In this document: piece after piece, positions 10,951 through 24,099 of the stretch
Position numbering within the stretch: the stretch's first letter is position 1
How the letters are laid out: every line of letters begins with the position of its first letter
Assembly (NCBI GenBank): GCA_951406725.2
Contig: OX597822.1
Coordinates: forward strand, 86,738,001 to 86,802,000
Direction of reading: 5' to 3'
Length of the DNA stretch: 64,000 nucleotides
Origin: Octopus vulgaris
Taxonomy: Eukaryota
The notes under the pieces: generated by a model
Told to the model about the DNA's origin: nothing
The model's input: only the letters and a program-made list of their open reading frames with translations
Databases searched by the model: none
Made by a program: the position numbers and the translations under genes

Positions 10951-13200
10951 ATTAACTTGAGATGAGGGATCATCACGCTGCCTTGTGTTGAACTGGTCCC
11001 CATCCACTGTATGTTTAATATTTGAGAAACTAGTAGTGGTGGTACTAGAATGGAGTGGGCTGTCGAGTGTGGACGGATATACTTATTTCTCTCCATTTAA
11101 CATTTTAATTTCTTTTTTTACTCCCTTTACCTTTCCCGACTTCTTTCTCACCTTTTTCTCCTCACCTTCCTCTTTCTCATTTCTTTCTCTTTTTTTTTGT
11201 ATATTATTTTTTTTCTTTTTAATATCCTTCCCCCTTTTCCCTAAAAAGAAGAAGAAGAAGAAAAAAAAGAACCTCTCTGCCCACCACTGCTGGTCTGTAA
11301 TATATTTACTTGTGGCTTGTTCCCTTCTGGGATTGCAACATCAAAACAACTGCAGCAACAGACTATCAACTTCACACCATCTCTCATTATCATTAAATAT
11401 ATAAATTGATACACACACACACACACACGCATATATGCACACACACACACACACACATGTGCACACACACACATGCACACACATGTACACAAACAGCTCC
11501 CCTCTCTATTAAGACTAAAAGTTTCACTGGTTAAAATGGATGTGAATGTGTGCCCTTCAGACTCTCTTCCCCTTCCAGAATGTTCCAATTGAGAAGTTTA
11601 TCAAGATAAATTACAACACCAACAACAATTGAGAAAGAGAACCCTGCAAATCTTCAAAAGTTGTGAGAGGAGCCTTCAGGCAAGTGACTGACATATATAT
11701 ATATGTATTTATATATATATATATATAATGCATACACACCAGTTTGTCAGTTTACTAAGTTGTTCAGAAATACTCCAGGTCTTCTCCAGATTTCAGTGTT
11801 ATCTGTACATGTTTTAGCTGCTTAATGAGCTTTCCAGCATATATAACTTGTACTTTGGCATCATTTTCTTTCACCCTTAATGATAATGTTAATGATTATG
11901 AATATTTAGGTATTTTGCTACATTTATTATTTATTGCCATGATGACTGATAGATTTCAGTTTGTGATGTTTAACTGTCATTTTAATCCCCATTTATTACT
12001 TATGTTTTGAATATCAGGATTATCAAAATTGGTAAAGCTGTGATGAAAGAACATAATTGGATTATCAGGAGTGGTAGAAGTGATGCTAACACTAAAGAAT
12101 GCTATATAAAATGTTTACCATTTACTTTCCTTCCTCTCAGATCAACTTTACCTTTCATCCCTCTATTTGATAAAATAAGTACCAATAATAACCGGGGGGG
12201 GGGGTGTCATTCCACTGACTATATCGTTACCCTACAAAAGAATATGACCTTGTACTTAGTAAAAATACCCACTATTAGACTCCTCATCTTGGATTTACAT
12301 CAAATAAAACCAATTCCATTGAAATGCCTATGAATGGCTTTTTAGGCTATGTCCCTTATATTTAGTTTTAAACAAGGTTTAAAGTTATGCTGGTCAGTGC
12401 CATAGCAGCAGATCTAGAACATCAATGTAATAAGTTTTTCTCTAATCTTTTTATTTGCACTGTAAACTTATCTCTAGTTTCTTTTCAAGTTCCATGCTGA
12501 CTTCTCTCTACTGACAATAGAGTAAACAAACCTTCATTTCTCTCGTTTACAAAATCCACACAATCCATCTCAACTGATCAGTTGAAGTTGTATTGTTCAC
12601 CATTCTCATTAGATGCCTTACACAAAATTACTTAATTGCTATAACATTAGCTTATGGAAGGGTTTGTCTCTTTGATTTAGTTGCCATAACATAAAATCGT
12701 CAGTGCAACCTTCAAGCCACGACCTTAAATGTTATTTGGTACACAAGATCAAGTGAGCTCAACTGAAAGCATTCCTTTTTTCTAGTAACCTGCTGTCCTG
12801 TGAGGAAATGCAGCTGGAAGTTTTCTGGTTTTTTTTTTTTTGGTTTTTTTTTAGACTGGTCTCACTCCTATCTGGAGATGAGCTGGTGCTCAGGTAATTT
12901 TTTAATGAATATATTGTCATTAGTTGTAGGGATCAATCTGATATAATTAACCTGCTGCTTTTTTTTTCTATTTAAACATTGCTTTCTACTTATGTCTACT
13001 GAATGTAGTTTGATAATTGGCAACTCCCTTTATTTCCTCATGGATTTTGTGACCAAGATACCATCTCCTCTAGTTTCATTGTTGCTAATATAGTTTTATA
13101 ATTATACTAGAATGTATTAATATAAAAAGTGGCAACTATTTAATAAAGAAGTATTTTAATGTAATTCCTTTTGATGATAATCATAAAACATTTTCTTTTA
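10951..13200 (+). other. Probable long 3' UTR of the SUMO gene
   Basis: U-rich non-coding sequence after the stop codon, with few TE fragments, ending near an AATAAA at 13142. The end point is inferred. Confidence 0.45.
13142..13147 (+). promoter_or_regulatory. Candidate polyadenylation signal AATAAA
   Basis: AATAAA with TGTA about 30 nt upstream and U/GU-rich sequence downstream (~13190-13260). Alternative hexamers occur at 12303 and 13783. Confidence 0.4.
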
Positions 13201-13641
13201 TATTTGTCTTCACTGTTTATTTTTGGTTCTCACCAATTGACTTGTTTGTTCCCACAGCTTTTGTCTTTAAAATGACTTTCAAAGAACTAAGCTTATTTCT
13301 TTGCTCTAGCTCTCTTCTGTAATTCCACTATCCTCTGTTTCTAATCCTATTCGAGTAAAAGTAACAACTATCTGAATTTTTATTAGCCGAAATTGGAACT
13401 TTTAAAGAAAAATTATTAAAAAAAAAAATTTGTAATTAGATTTTTTTTTTCATCTGATTTGAAAATATTTTCTATTTCTATTTTTTTTTCAATATGTATG
13501 TTTTGAAAGTAACTGGTGTTTTACAGTCTATTTTTATTTCGTATCTCTAGAAAAAGAAAACCTTCACACTTGTCTATATAATATATGTATATATATATAT
13601 TTATATATATATATATATTTATTATACACACACACACATAC

Positions 13642-13678
<37 letters not shown>

Positions 13679-14085
13679 CTTTGACAACATTACCAATTAC
13701 AGCACCAGTATCCATTATAAAAATTTGAAAGAATTATTTCATAAGTGGCGTATCTGGTGAATTTACCTTTTTACAAAACTACAATAAAAATCCATGGCCT
13801 TCCTCTTGAGCATGTCTCTCCTATACTGTGTTGTTATTTCTCTTTTGTCAGTGTTAGTTTCCTCTTTTCAAACTGTTACTGCTACTGGTTGAATGTCTAA
13901 CACTTTTCAAGCAATTGCTGCTGAATTTTTCTTCAGTTGAATCTGTTTGCTTGTAAAGTAAATTGTATCAACTGGAAATGATATCAAAATTATCAGCTTG
14001 CACAATGGATGTCAGTGATTGAGATGGGGAAATGTGATGTATGCAGGAAGGGAGGTAAAAAAATGTGTGTGTGTGTGTATATATA

Positions 14086-15348
14086 TTGGATTGGCAAGAA
14101 AGTCATTTTGTTCACAATAGTTAGGATCTTTTTTAATGACTTTTGTCAACGTTATGATTTTTTTCCTTTTGACATTTGATAACCATTACCTTTAGCTTAC
14201 TTTAGAAGCAAATTGCACGTAATTTTGTCTACAGCTGTTCAGTGTCAATTTTAACATGGAGTGCAAAAAACAAACATTTTCCCCGTATTTTGCTTTTTTA
14301 TTTCCATAAAGGCAAGAAAGCTGCTGAGGCTCACAAAGAGATACGCGAAGTTTATGGTGTTGATAGCTTAACAGAATGCACATGTCAGAAATAGTTTAAA
14401 AAATTCCATTCTGGAGATGACCAATGTTCTGGTCCACCTACTGAAGTTGATGATGACCAAATCAAAGCCATAATTGAATCTGATTGTCATATAACTGTGC
14501 GAGAGTTTGCAGAAAGGTTAAATGTATCACACACAACAACTGAAAATCACTTAAAATGTCTTGGACTCGTTAAGAAGCTTGATATTTGGGTTCCACATAA
14601 ATTGAAAGAGATTCACTTAACAACGAATCAGTATTTGCGATATGCATCTCAAACACAATGAAACCAATCTTTTTTTGAAACGAATCAGCACTGGTGATGA
14701 AAAATGGATTGTCTGCAATAACATCAATCAAAAATGATCATGATCCAAGTGTAATGAACCCGTATAAACCACATTGAAAGCTGAATTGCATAAAAAAAAA
14801 AGGTCATGCTGCCAATTTGGTAGGATTACAAAGGTGTTATGCATATTGAGCTGCTTCCAAGGAACCAAACAATCAATTCAGATCTTTACTTTGAACAACT
14901 AGTGAAACTGGAGGAAGCAATCAAAGAAAAATGGCCAGAATTGGCAAATCGTAAAGGAATTGTGTTCCACAATGACAATGCTAGACAACATAAATCTTTG
15001 CTAACTTGTGAAAAATTATTGGAGCTTGGTTGGGAAGTGATGTCATATCCACCATGTAGTCCTGACCTTGCACCATCAGCTCACCATTTATTTCGAAGTT
15101 TGCAAAATTCTTTGATTGGTAAAACTTTCAATAATGATGATGACTTGAAATCACACTTGCTTCAGTTTTTGGCTGATAAGGACCAGAAGTTCTATGAGTA
15201 TGGAATAATGCAGTTGCCAGAAAGATGGCAAAAGGTCATTGAACAAAATGGAAAATATAGAACTGATTAAAGTTCATTCTTTGCATGAAAAGAAAAAAGA
15301 TGAGTTATTTCACACTAAAAAACCGAAATTACTTTCTTGCCAACCCTA
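14086..15348 (+). mobile_element. Mariner DNA transposon (mellifera-subfamily-like), full length, inactive
   Basis: TIRs TTGGATTGGCAAGAAAGTCATTTTG / TAGGGTTGGCAAGAAAGTAATTTCG (reverse complement); TA target duplications at 14084-14085 and 15349-15350; 1263 bp. Confidence 0.92.
14256..15270 (+). pseudogene. Mariner transposase pseudogene
   Basis: N-terminal ILLFYFHKGKKAAEAHKEI, WVPHKL (14587), TGDEKW, FHNDNA, SPDLAPSA (third catalytic D replaced by A), LPERWQKVIEQNG; multiple stops and frameshifts. Confidence 0.92.
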
Positions 15349-16546
15349 TATATATATAAATAAATAAAACATCCGTTCTTTCACCTGTCTTTATTAACTC
15401 AGGTTTTATTAAAAAATTTTCATATTTTCTCAATTTTATCTCTATGCATGTCTATGAACACGGTCTTGTCATAAATGGAGATCATCTCTACTACATTTAA
15501 CAGTAAAAAAATGTGCAACAGTGTGTCTGCTGCATATAACAGTATATATAGTGTCCACAATTTATAACCTGCCACTCCATAACAATAATTTTCTTTGTTT
15601 TTGCAGTTTTGAAAATTAGTTTTACCTTTTCGCATGCTCTCAAAAGCATTTTTAATATTTCAAATGGTCATCATCTCAACAGTAACAAAAATAATTTCAT
15701 TTAGTTTTTAGATAGGATCATTTTTTTTTTACTGTTTTTTTCCCCTGATATTTTGGAAACCCAGTCTTTAACCTTCCATTCCTTCAAATAAAATCTTTTT
15801 GTAGTCTGGCACCACCTTCCCTGGTACTCAGAAAAAAACGGAGCACAGGCTAAGTTTTCACAAATTTGTTTTAATTGAAAAAATTAATCGTATAATTTCA
15901 TCATAATAAAATCTTAAGTAATACATTTAAAACTGGTATGCATTTACTTGAGTAGTTTTTGAGCAGTGGTTACTTGCCTGGGTATAAATTTCTGTACTCA
16001 CCTACCTCCCATTTGGTTGAATCAGATGTAATGAGTGAGGGTTGGCACCATAGCAGGATTTCAAGTTAGCAGCACCACACGGTTTTCAGTATTTATCTCT
16101 TGCTACCAGTTTTTAACTTGGTGAGTTGGCTGGTTGAGTATTTTGTTTTGTGGCTGTAATTACTTCATTTTTGCTGTTGGGACCCAAACTTGCTAATTTT
16201 TCTTACTCTACAGGTCTTCATCCTTTCAACTGACAGCTGCAGCTTTTAAAACTTTTTTTTTTTTTTGAAATTTGCACTCCAAACACACAAATGCACCCTA
16301 AACACCAGGAATTACAATAACATTTACAACAGCATCCCTGTCGTACAAATTTGTTGTATAATCTTTTCTCTTTTTCTTTGGCTTCTCTCTCTAACCAATT
16401 CATCCAATATTTCTGTTTCTAAAAGAGGGATCCTACTTTTACAAGTAGTCAAGAAACTTTAATTTTTTTTTTTGTTGGGTTGGATGAACAAAGATTAAGA
16501 TAGAAACATTGTCCTCAGGTGTATTAATGGTATCAATAATTAATTA

Positions 16547-16760
16547 AGGTGGTGAGCTGGTTGGAATTGTTAGCACACCTGGCAAAATGCTTAGCAGCAT
16601 TTAGTATGTCTTCGGTTGTGTTCAAAATATGTTGAAGTCTACTTTGCCTTTCATCCTTTCAGGAGTGATAAAATAAGTACCAGCGATATACTGGGCTTGC
16701 TGTAATTGACGTGTCTCCTCTCCTAAAATTGCTAGTCTTGTGCTAAAATTTGAAACCAGT
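16547..16760 (+). mobile_element. Nin-domain tRNA-SINE, CpG-decayed copy
   Basis: CTTTGCCTTTCATCCTTTCAGGAGTGATAAAATAAGTACCAG core; homologous to the 59115 copy. Confidence 0.75.
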
Positions 16761-18049
16761 GAATTAAACTGAAATAGTTTCAGACCACAATAATCAAAGT
16801 TGAATCACTGACTTTGGTAGGTTAAAGATATCGGCTCTTTTTTTTTCATTGTCTGCTATTAAAACGATGTATAATTGTGAAATATTTTATGTTTCTATGG
16901 AGTCTAATGATCTGAGTAGACAAATCTCATCCTTGGGATGCTTAAAATTTTGTTAGGGAAACGAATCAAACCTGATGCATCCATTAGTCGCATTATTTTA
17001 AAAAGGTAACTTCAAAATTATTGAAATCTAAGCTTGGCATTTTGTCTGGTGCTCTACACCTTTTAAAAGTTCATTTCACCACCTTTTAAAAGTTTAGTGA
17101 GTCTATGGTCACCGGATCTACTTGCAATTGCAGCTAAATCTCTCAAATTAACACCCTACTCTCTTATAAAATGAAGGCTACAATTGGCTAATGTAGTCGG
17201 GAACAAAGATGAAATGGTCACTAATGGAATCCCTTTGACCATTGTCTATTTAGTGAGGGCTACTTTGGGGCTAAGGAAGAAATATTTTGAATATATTCTG
17301 TGTGCTAGTGCAATAAATACTTCTTGATAATTGTTTTCTAGTTACTGATCAATGAATGATCAATCATAGCGAAGACAGTAGTGGAGGATATGGTTTTTGT
17401 TTCTTACTAAAAGAAAATTGTTGTATTGACTGAAATATGGAAGCAGAGAGAAGTACCGAAAATGTTGAAGATGTGATTGTATGGGGTTAGTGTATTACTG
17501 GTAGTTATTTTTTAAAAGGTCGGTTCCACCACTCCTAGAAATGTGTCCTGGTACCCTATTCCTTAAAAATATAGATTTTAGCTTCTCATTGGTTTTTAGC
17601 AGACTTATGATCAAAGACCATAACTATTCCGTCTCTTTTTAAGACACTTCTTTATAGGATGATGACTGTCAATTGCAGTTGTATATTTTGATGTTGATTT
17701 TTCTGACAGTAATCCTGGTTAGTTTTGTTTCTTTAATCCAAAACTGGTATTATCCAAAATGAAATTGTGCTGATGGGATTTGAAACTAAACCTACTCTAT
17801 GAATCCCAATAAAATAACGAAATCGCTTGTAGGTAAGATAACTATTTATAGAGGGTAGATATAATAACCATCATGTGCAAACTAGTGAGTTTTCTGCATT
17901 GTGTGCGTAAAAAAATCTCTCTAAAATCACTCTACTGTCTGCAGGAATAGTCACATATAATGTAGTTTTACATAGCCGTGGCTGGAATGCTTTTAATCAT
18001 AGTCAGTGCTCTCCTGGGTCTTCACAACTATCGTCTGAAATGTTCTGAT

Positions 18050-19790
18050 AGATTTTTTTTTTGCTTTATCAGAAGCCTTGGAGTAAATATAGAAAGTGTA
18101 GGGAAGAATGCCAAGATCTGGACCGACAGTTAAAATGGATTTATCATGGCTTGACAAAAAGTGCACCGAGGCAGAAGCAATAATCTAAAATGGTTCACGG
18201 AATCTATACTGCATAACAAGGGAGATAACTGGAGCAAAGACCAGCTGAAATACAGCGGTGAAGAGAAAACGGAGAAGGAGTGGTAATGGAAGAGCAAGAG
18301 TGTTAAGGGGATGGAGCACTTTTGAGAAACATTAGATCAGCTAACACAGACAGAACCGTAGAATTTTGGTCAACAAATAATAGAGACCTGGATGTAGATG
18401 AAAATCCAATAATGAGCCAAGAGACAACAAGCAATGAAAAGGTTGAAAAACAATACTGGCTCAGCTGGATCAAATCACTGCAAAAATACTGAAACCTGGT
18501 GACTGAAATGGCTGTCGGCGAGAGCTGTAGAAAGTGGCAAGAGGGAATCATTGGTGAAACTGCTAAAGAAGGGATTCCTATCCAATTGTAATAACTGGTC
18601 GGGCTGTCAGTGACTAGTGAAGTTCTTTGCAAAGCTGAAGGAGGCTGTGGACGCTATGCTATGAGAGGAGTAAGCTGGATTTTGTGACTACCACCCTTTC
18701 GCTGAGCAAATCTCACCCAGAAATTGAACAGTCTATTGAGCACTGAACGTAAATTTTATTGACTTTTAAAAAGCATTTGATAGTGTTCACAGAGTCCCTC
18801 TGGAGAATTACTTTGCATTATAAAAGCCTTCAGTATTTTGCTAATATCTTCAAAGAACTTCATATTTGCGATGCTCTGCTCAAATAGAAACGGACTTCTT
18901 TGACAATTTTACTGGAGTGAAGCAGGGGTGTATTCTGTTGCCCTTCCTGTTTTTAGTGGCAGTGGACTTTGTCCTAGAGAAAACAGTAAATATATCCAAT
19001 GGAGGAATACTATGGAAATAATATACGAGACTGGTAGACCTGGACTTTGCAGATGACATTGTGTTTTTTCACTGAAGATAATAAAAACTTACAAAAAAGT
19101 TCATAACAGAACTAGACAGAATCTTGGAAAGATTGGTCTGAGAATCAGTGTGGAGAAGACCAAAACAATGAACATAAATAATGACCACCAAACAGCATCG
19201 ATCATTAAATGTCAATCAGCAAAATATTGAGGCAGTCGACAGATTTTACTATTTGGATAACGTCAATAGTAACAATGGCGATATTGCGCGACTAAAATCA
19301 ACGATGGAATTGGCAAAGCTGTAACCGTCTTCCAGAGAATGTCTACTACGTTCTTCCAACATGGTTGACTTACAAAGATCCAGTTGTATAATAGCATAGT
19401 TCTACCAACAATTCTCAATGTCAAGAGTACTTTGTTCCATCAAAGATGCTTGAACAGGATTCTTAGAGTGTACTGGGAAAACCACATAACCACTGAAAAC
19501 GTTGTAAAGGGAGCCAACACAAGACGACTTATTGAAATCCTCACGGAACAAAGATTAAAACTTGCCGGTCACGTACTCTGGCAATCATAACAACGCCATT
19601 CTAAAAGTTTTCAAACGGACATCACCAGAAGTGTGGAAAATAAAGGAAGTTCCGAATCTATATGGTGCAGGACATTCATAACCGACATGAGAAAGAGAGT
19701 AATGTCCCGTGGCTGGATGTGGAGAAAATTACAGTCAACAGAGGCCTATGGTGTTAGCTTATTGCCCACTGTGCTGAAGAGCATAAGAGG
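18050..19790 (+). mobile_element. Degenerate RTE-clade LINE (RT domain and C-terminal region)
   Basis: FIDFxKAFDSVHR (~18755), TGVKQGCILLPFLF (18911), LVDLDFADDIV (19031), FHQRCLNRIL, RLKLAGHVL; many frameshifts. Confidence 0.85.
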
Positions 19791-20202
19791 GGCAGATTGA
19801 TACATCTATCTTTCCATCTATCTACCCGTCTCTCTATCTCTCCCCCTCTCTCTCCCTCCCCCCATCTCTCTCTCTCTACACACACGTGCATATATATATA
19901 CCCAGGCGTACGATATATATATATATATAATATATATATACCAGGCGTACGATAGTCGGTTTACAGTTACGTCCCTTGAATTAACTCTGATTTTACCATT
20001 ATTGTTTCAAACCAGCTATTTGACCATTTAATGTAATTTAAAACATAAATTTCATGAGGTTTAAGGACTTTCGGGGTTATGTTTCAATGTAATATCACCG
20101 CTTAAGACTTGTTAGCTTTAGTAAGAAGGAAAAAATTAAAGCACAAAATGGGAGTTTTCTCCCTTAGATATCGGCGTAACATCACAGGAAAAGGTAACGC
20201 AC

Positions 20203-20282
20203 AGAGGAGGGAAAGGCGAGTAAAATAGAAGATTAAAAGAAATACGTCGCTAGTTATAGTTTACTCGCCTTTCTCCTCCTCT
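20203..20282. repeat. 22-bp inverted repeat with one bulge, 35-nt loop
   Basis: AGAGGAGGGAAAGGCGAGTAAA (20203-20224) pairs with TTTACTCGCCTTTCTCCTCCTCT (20260-20282). Confidence 0.8.
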
Positions 20283-20783
20283 CCTCTCTTTCTTTCTCTC
20301 TTATTGTATATGTGTTTATGTCACAAAATTTGAATGCAATAACTTTTGATCGAATCCATGAATGAAAGCGAAATAGTTACTGAAGCTGTTATTTAACTTC
20401 AGATCAACACTGATCGGTTAGACCTACAATCAACGGCCTTACATTCCTTAATTGCTTCTTCTAGCTGGTTAAACGACTCCACTGGAATCCCTCGTTGGCT
20501 CAGAAAAGTTGTAACTGAATACAGTAATTTTAAAGCGTCAAAGAAATAGGCTGCTGACAGCCTAGGATGTAACTTTCATCTAGATGTGACAGATGTACCA
20601 AAAACTTAGAAGGCTAAATAATAGAACGTCAATTGGTAAACTGAAAAAAGAAAAAAAATAGTATTTGTGTGTCCAATATTTAGATGGCTTCCAGTCCTCC
20701 ATGTCAACTATTTCTCAACAACTTTAATCTTTATGCTCTCCAGAGCAGACATATAAAAAATCGTCAAATTTAACCGAACACCC

Positions 20784-21008
20784 TGTGTGTGTGTGTGTAT
20801 GTGTATGTGTGTGTTCAAACCTTACTATTGCTTGACAACCAGTGTCGGTTTGTTTACGTTTCCATAGATTAGCAGTTAGGTAGTAAGATCGCTAGATTAA
20901 GTAGCAGACTCTAAAGAAAAGTGCCAGGGGCGATTTGTTCAACTGAATCCTTCAAGGCGGTGCTACAGCATGGCCGCAATCTAATGACTGAAACAAATAT
21001 AAGATAAA
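20784..21008 (+). mobile_element. SINE 3' half (same family as 8785-9200)
   Basis: (TG)n, GCTTGACAACC..., CAAGGCGGTGCTACAGCATGGCCGCA...ATGACTGAAACAA tail. Confidence 0.65.
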
Positions 21009-21079
21009 TCATAACCCTTTTAGACAAAATTCTGTGTATGATCATGTAAAAATCCATCATCTCAATGCTGTTGTGAATA

Positions 21080-21509
21080 CAGGTCGTCGTCGACTTACGA
21101 CCACAATTGGTTCCGACTGACTGGTCGTTAGTGGATTTGGTCGTAAGTCGGCCTATAGGTCTTCATGGCTTTGTTTTATATTTTTACATTCTTAAGGTAT
21201 ATTCTCAGGTAAAAGTTACACACAGCATTCTGTATGATACTATTATACTGGCATTAGTCAAAAATTTCGGAGTCTCAAACAGTCGTCTTATAAACAAATA
21301 GAGGTTTGCCTCGATGTCTCCGCGACTGGATATTCCTCCAACACTTGGGATAACCACTGTAACGATCGATAACCAAACCTAGGGGAAGCGTATGTTAGCT
21401 GACATCGTCTGTAGATGGGTTAATTTCTAACCTATTAAATTTCAACTAGACTATTTATTATTGCTACTGGGAGCTGGCACGCCAATCGTCGTAAGTTGAC
21501 GACGACCTT
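21080..21509. mobile_element. Tigger/pogo-type MITE
   Basis: TIRs CAGGTCGTCGTCGACTTACGAC / GTCGTAAGTTGACGACGACCTT; TA on both sides; 430 bp. Confidence 0.85.
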
Positions 21510-21779
21510 TACTGAAAATATTTTCTCTTTTTCGACAAAGGAGCTTTGTCAATATCCTCGTTCCCTCATGGTGGTCAAAGTTTGTAAACGAGAATTTATA
21601 TTTGCAATTGTTATTTTGATTTGCAAAACCGAGATTTCGGGCCAAATTTTTAAAAGATTTCTTTCCTTAACTTCAGTATAAAAATGTTTATCTGATGCAG
21701 TTTATTAGATTTTGGGTGTTGTTTGGAGACTAAAATTTTGAATAGTTATTTAAGAAAGTGTGACCATCAATCTCATTTG

Positions 21780-22680
21780 CGCCTCCGGTAAGTGTTTGAT
21801 CTTGCTATTAGATGAAATGGTGCTCATTGGTAATTTGGAAGTGCTGCAATCATTTTTGCTCTAGCACGTCTCGTTTTTGCGCTATCATTATTATACTGCA
21901 ATCAAAATTACAATAATGTGAAAATTCATGACAAATAAAATGAATGTTATGTTAAACGTAAATTACCGTTATTTGGTATAAGAACAATAACAATTAGGTG
22001 GACAAGTAGCTCTAAATCTAATAAAGCACACACACAAAAAAAAGTGTAAATGAATATTATTAATTTTATGTTTTTCCAAAATAGCTTTGGCGTCTTCTTT
22101 TACGCTTATGTTGTATGTCCGTTTCTCATTTTAAAACTAGCAGCAGTCCGTTAGCATGTTTGGTGTAAGTCTGCCACTGTAGCAACTGTCTAGCGCTTTG
22201 ATTTCTTGATGAAATCATTCACCATGCTCATCGCTTACATCACCCGTATTTGGTGGAAAAAAGTCAAGATGAGAGTGGAGAGAATGAATTTTAGAGACAT
22301 TCTTGCCCCAAGTTGCTTATAAGCTTTCAAAAAAAATCATTCACAATTGCAACGTAGTTAGATGATTTTTCATTTCCCCAATATTTTATGACAAGAGAAA
22401 TAAACTTTTCCCAAGCAGTTTTCTCTACTGGGATTAATCTTTCTTGATAAAGCTCATCACAAAATAGTGTGCGAATTTCTGGTCCATTAAAAATACCAGC
22501 TTTGATCTTAGCTTCACTCTTGCTAGAAACGAATTTTTCACTGAGATATTTGAATCTTACACTGTCTTCATTCATGGCCTTCACAAAATTCTTAAACAAG
22601 CCAAGTTTAATGTATAAGGGAGAAAGGTAAATTTTCTGAGGGTCAACTAAAGGGATATATTTAACGTTGTATTCTGTATG
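21780..22680 (-). mobile_element. Chapaev3-like (CMC superfamily) transposase C-terminal fragment and 3' region
   Basis: Minus-strand motifs PLYIKLGLFKNFVKAM, SEAKIKAGIFNGPEIR, HSHLDFFP, VSDEHGExFHQEI, MLTDCC. The family assignment comes from recalled motifs, and the left boundary is approximate. Confidence 0.7.
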
Positions 22681-22689
22681 CGTGTAGCT

Positions 22690-23665
22690 CCATTGTTTTT
22701 GGACGACACCACCTCCGTTTCATAGACCATGGGTTCTGTTTTGCATTGACCGTTCACTGGGTTACTCACTGTAAACACTACATGAGCATCCAGTCTTTGC
22801 CCGGGGTCTTGGCGTGCTCATTAATATGTTTTTGATAAGTGCATAGCTGAACAAGACAAGTTATGTCTACTGAATATTCTGCTATACTTATGTTCCTGTG
22901 TAAAATGCTTATCTACTAATCTAAGGAGGGCCCCTTCCTATGCAAGTTTTCACGTTGACTAAAATTGGGTGGGGAGGGAAAACCAGTGGTCACTTCACTG
23001 ACACGTTCTCTTGTGGGTGTTAGCGTCGAGCTAAGTGATGCGGTCTTTAAATTCGCTGGCTGCCTGCGTCAAAAATCATCGATATTTGAGGATAGTTTCG
23101 AAAGCCTCATACTAACACACTTTACAAGGTTTTTAAACACAAAAGGCGGACGACAGGAGAGTGTGTTGAGGTACGACAGCCTTTTATTTGGTCTACGACA
23201 GGGCCTGTATGAACCAGTGCCTAAATGGAATATTATGTCAAAGAAATTTACTATGGTTAGCTTGTTCTCTATAGTAAACCTAATCTCTACAGCAGTGGTT
23301 TTCAACCAGGGTTCCGCCAGTACAGTCCAGGGGTTCCGCAAGAAGTTACAAAACTGCTAAAATCGGCAGTAATTTTTAATTCTCCTGTGCAGATATGTGT
23401 GCATAAGACTATTAAATTATTGCACAGGGGTTCCCCGAGCCGGTGGAATGTTTCCTTGGGGTTCCGCTCCAGCAAAAAGTTTGAAAAGCACTGCTCTACA
23501 GAGTTAAGCATGCGAACCGGGTCTTTCCTAAGCCTGTACAAGATGTGCACGTTTTGCGATTCTAGAGATGGCTGATGTATCATCTCTATTGAGATCAAAG
23601 TGGGTTGACGGGGGTTTCTTAGCTGAGATGTCTAGTATAAAGAGGCCGATGAGTCGCAGATATCT
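22690..23665 (-). mobile_element. Penelope-like element fragment (RT C-terminus, linker, start of GIY-YIG region)
   Basis: LIGLFIL...LNRDD, IVNFFDI...GSYRPCRRPN...SMRLSKLSSN, IGRALLRLVDKHF...IFSRHN, PVNGQCKTEPMVYE. Confidence 0.8.
23293..23493. mobile_element. hAT (Charlie-like) MITE nested in the Penelope fragment
   Basis: TIRs CAGTGGTTTTCAACC / GTTTGAAAAGCACTG; perfect 8-bp TSD CTCTACAG at 23285-23292 and 23494-23501; 201 bp. Confidence 0.92.
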
Positions 23666-23711
23666 ACGCTGTCGAATATACAAATTTACATACATAGATA
23701 CATACGCGCGT

Positions 23712-23767
<56 letters not shown>

Positions 23768-24099
23768 ACACACACAAGTGTATATAAATGTTGGTTGATT
23801 GGTTTCTTCGTTCACACTTTATTTCGGTTAGAGAGAGGGAGAGGGAGAGTAAAGGAGAGATACAGAGAGGGTTAACGTATTCGGTTAAAGACGACAGAGG
23901 AACGTTGAAATTGCGCAGCAGTAGTAAGGGAATGATAAAGATGATAAAGGTTATGTAATCGACGGATGCCAAACACCTGACACGCGCTTACATAATACAT
24001 ACATGCATACATACATACACACGCAAACTGTCACATACACGCAATCTTCTGTCCACGACATACATGCGTTTATACACACACACACACACACATCATTCC

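Noticed and set aside
10985-11588. Hydrophobic or poly-Lys ORFs after the SUMO stop
   Set aside because: They arise from U-rich 3' UTR sequence and (CA)n/(AAG)n repeats.
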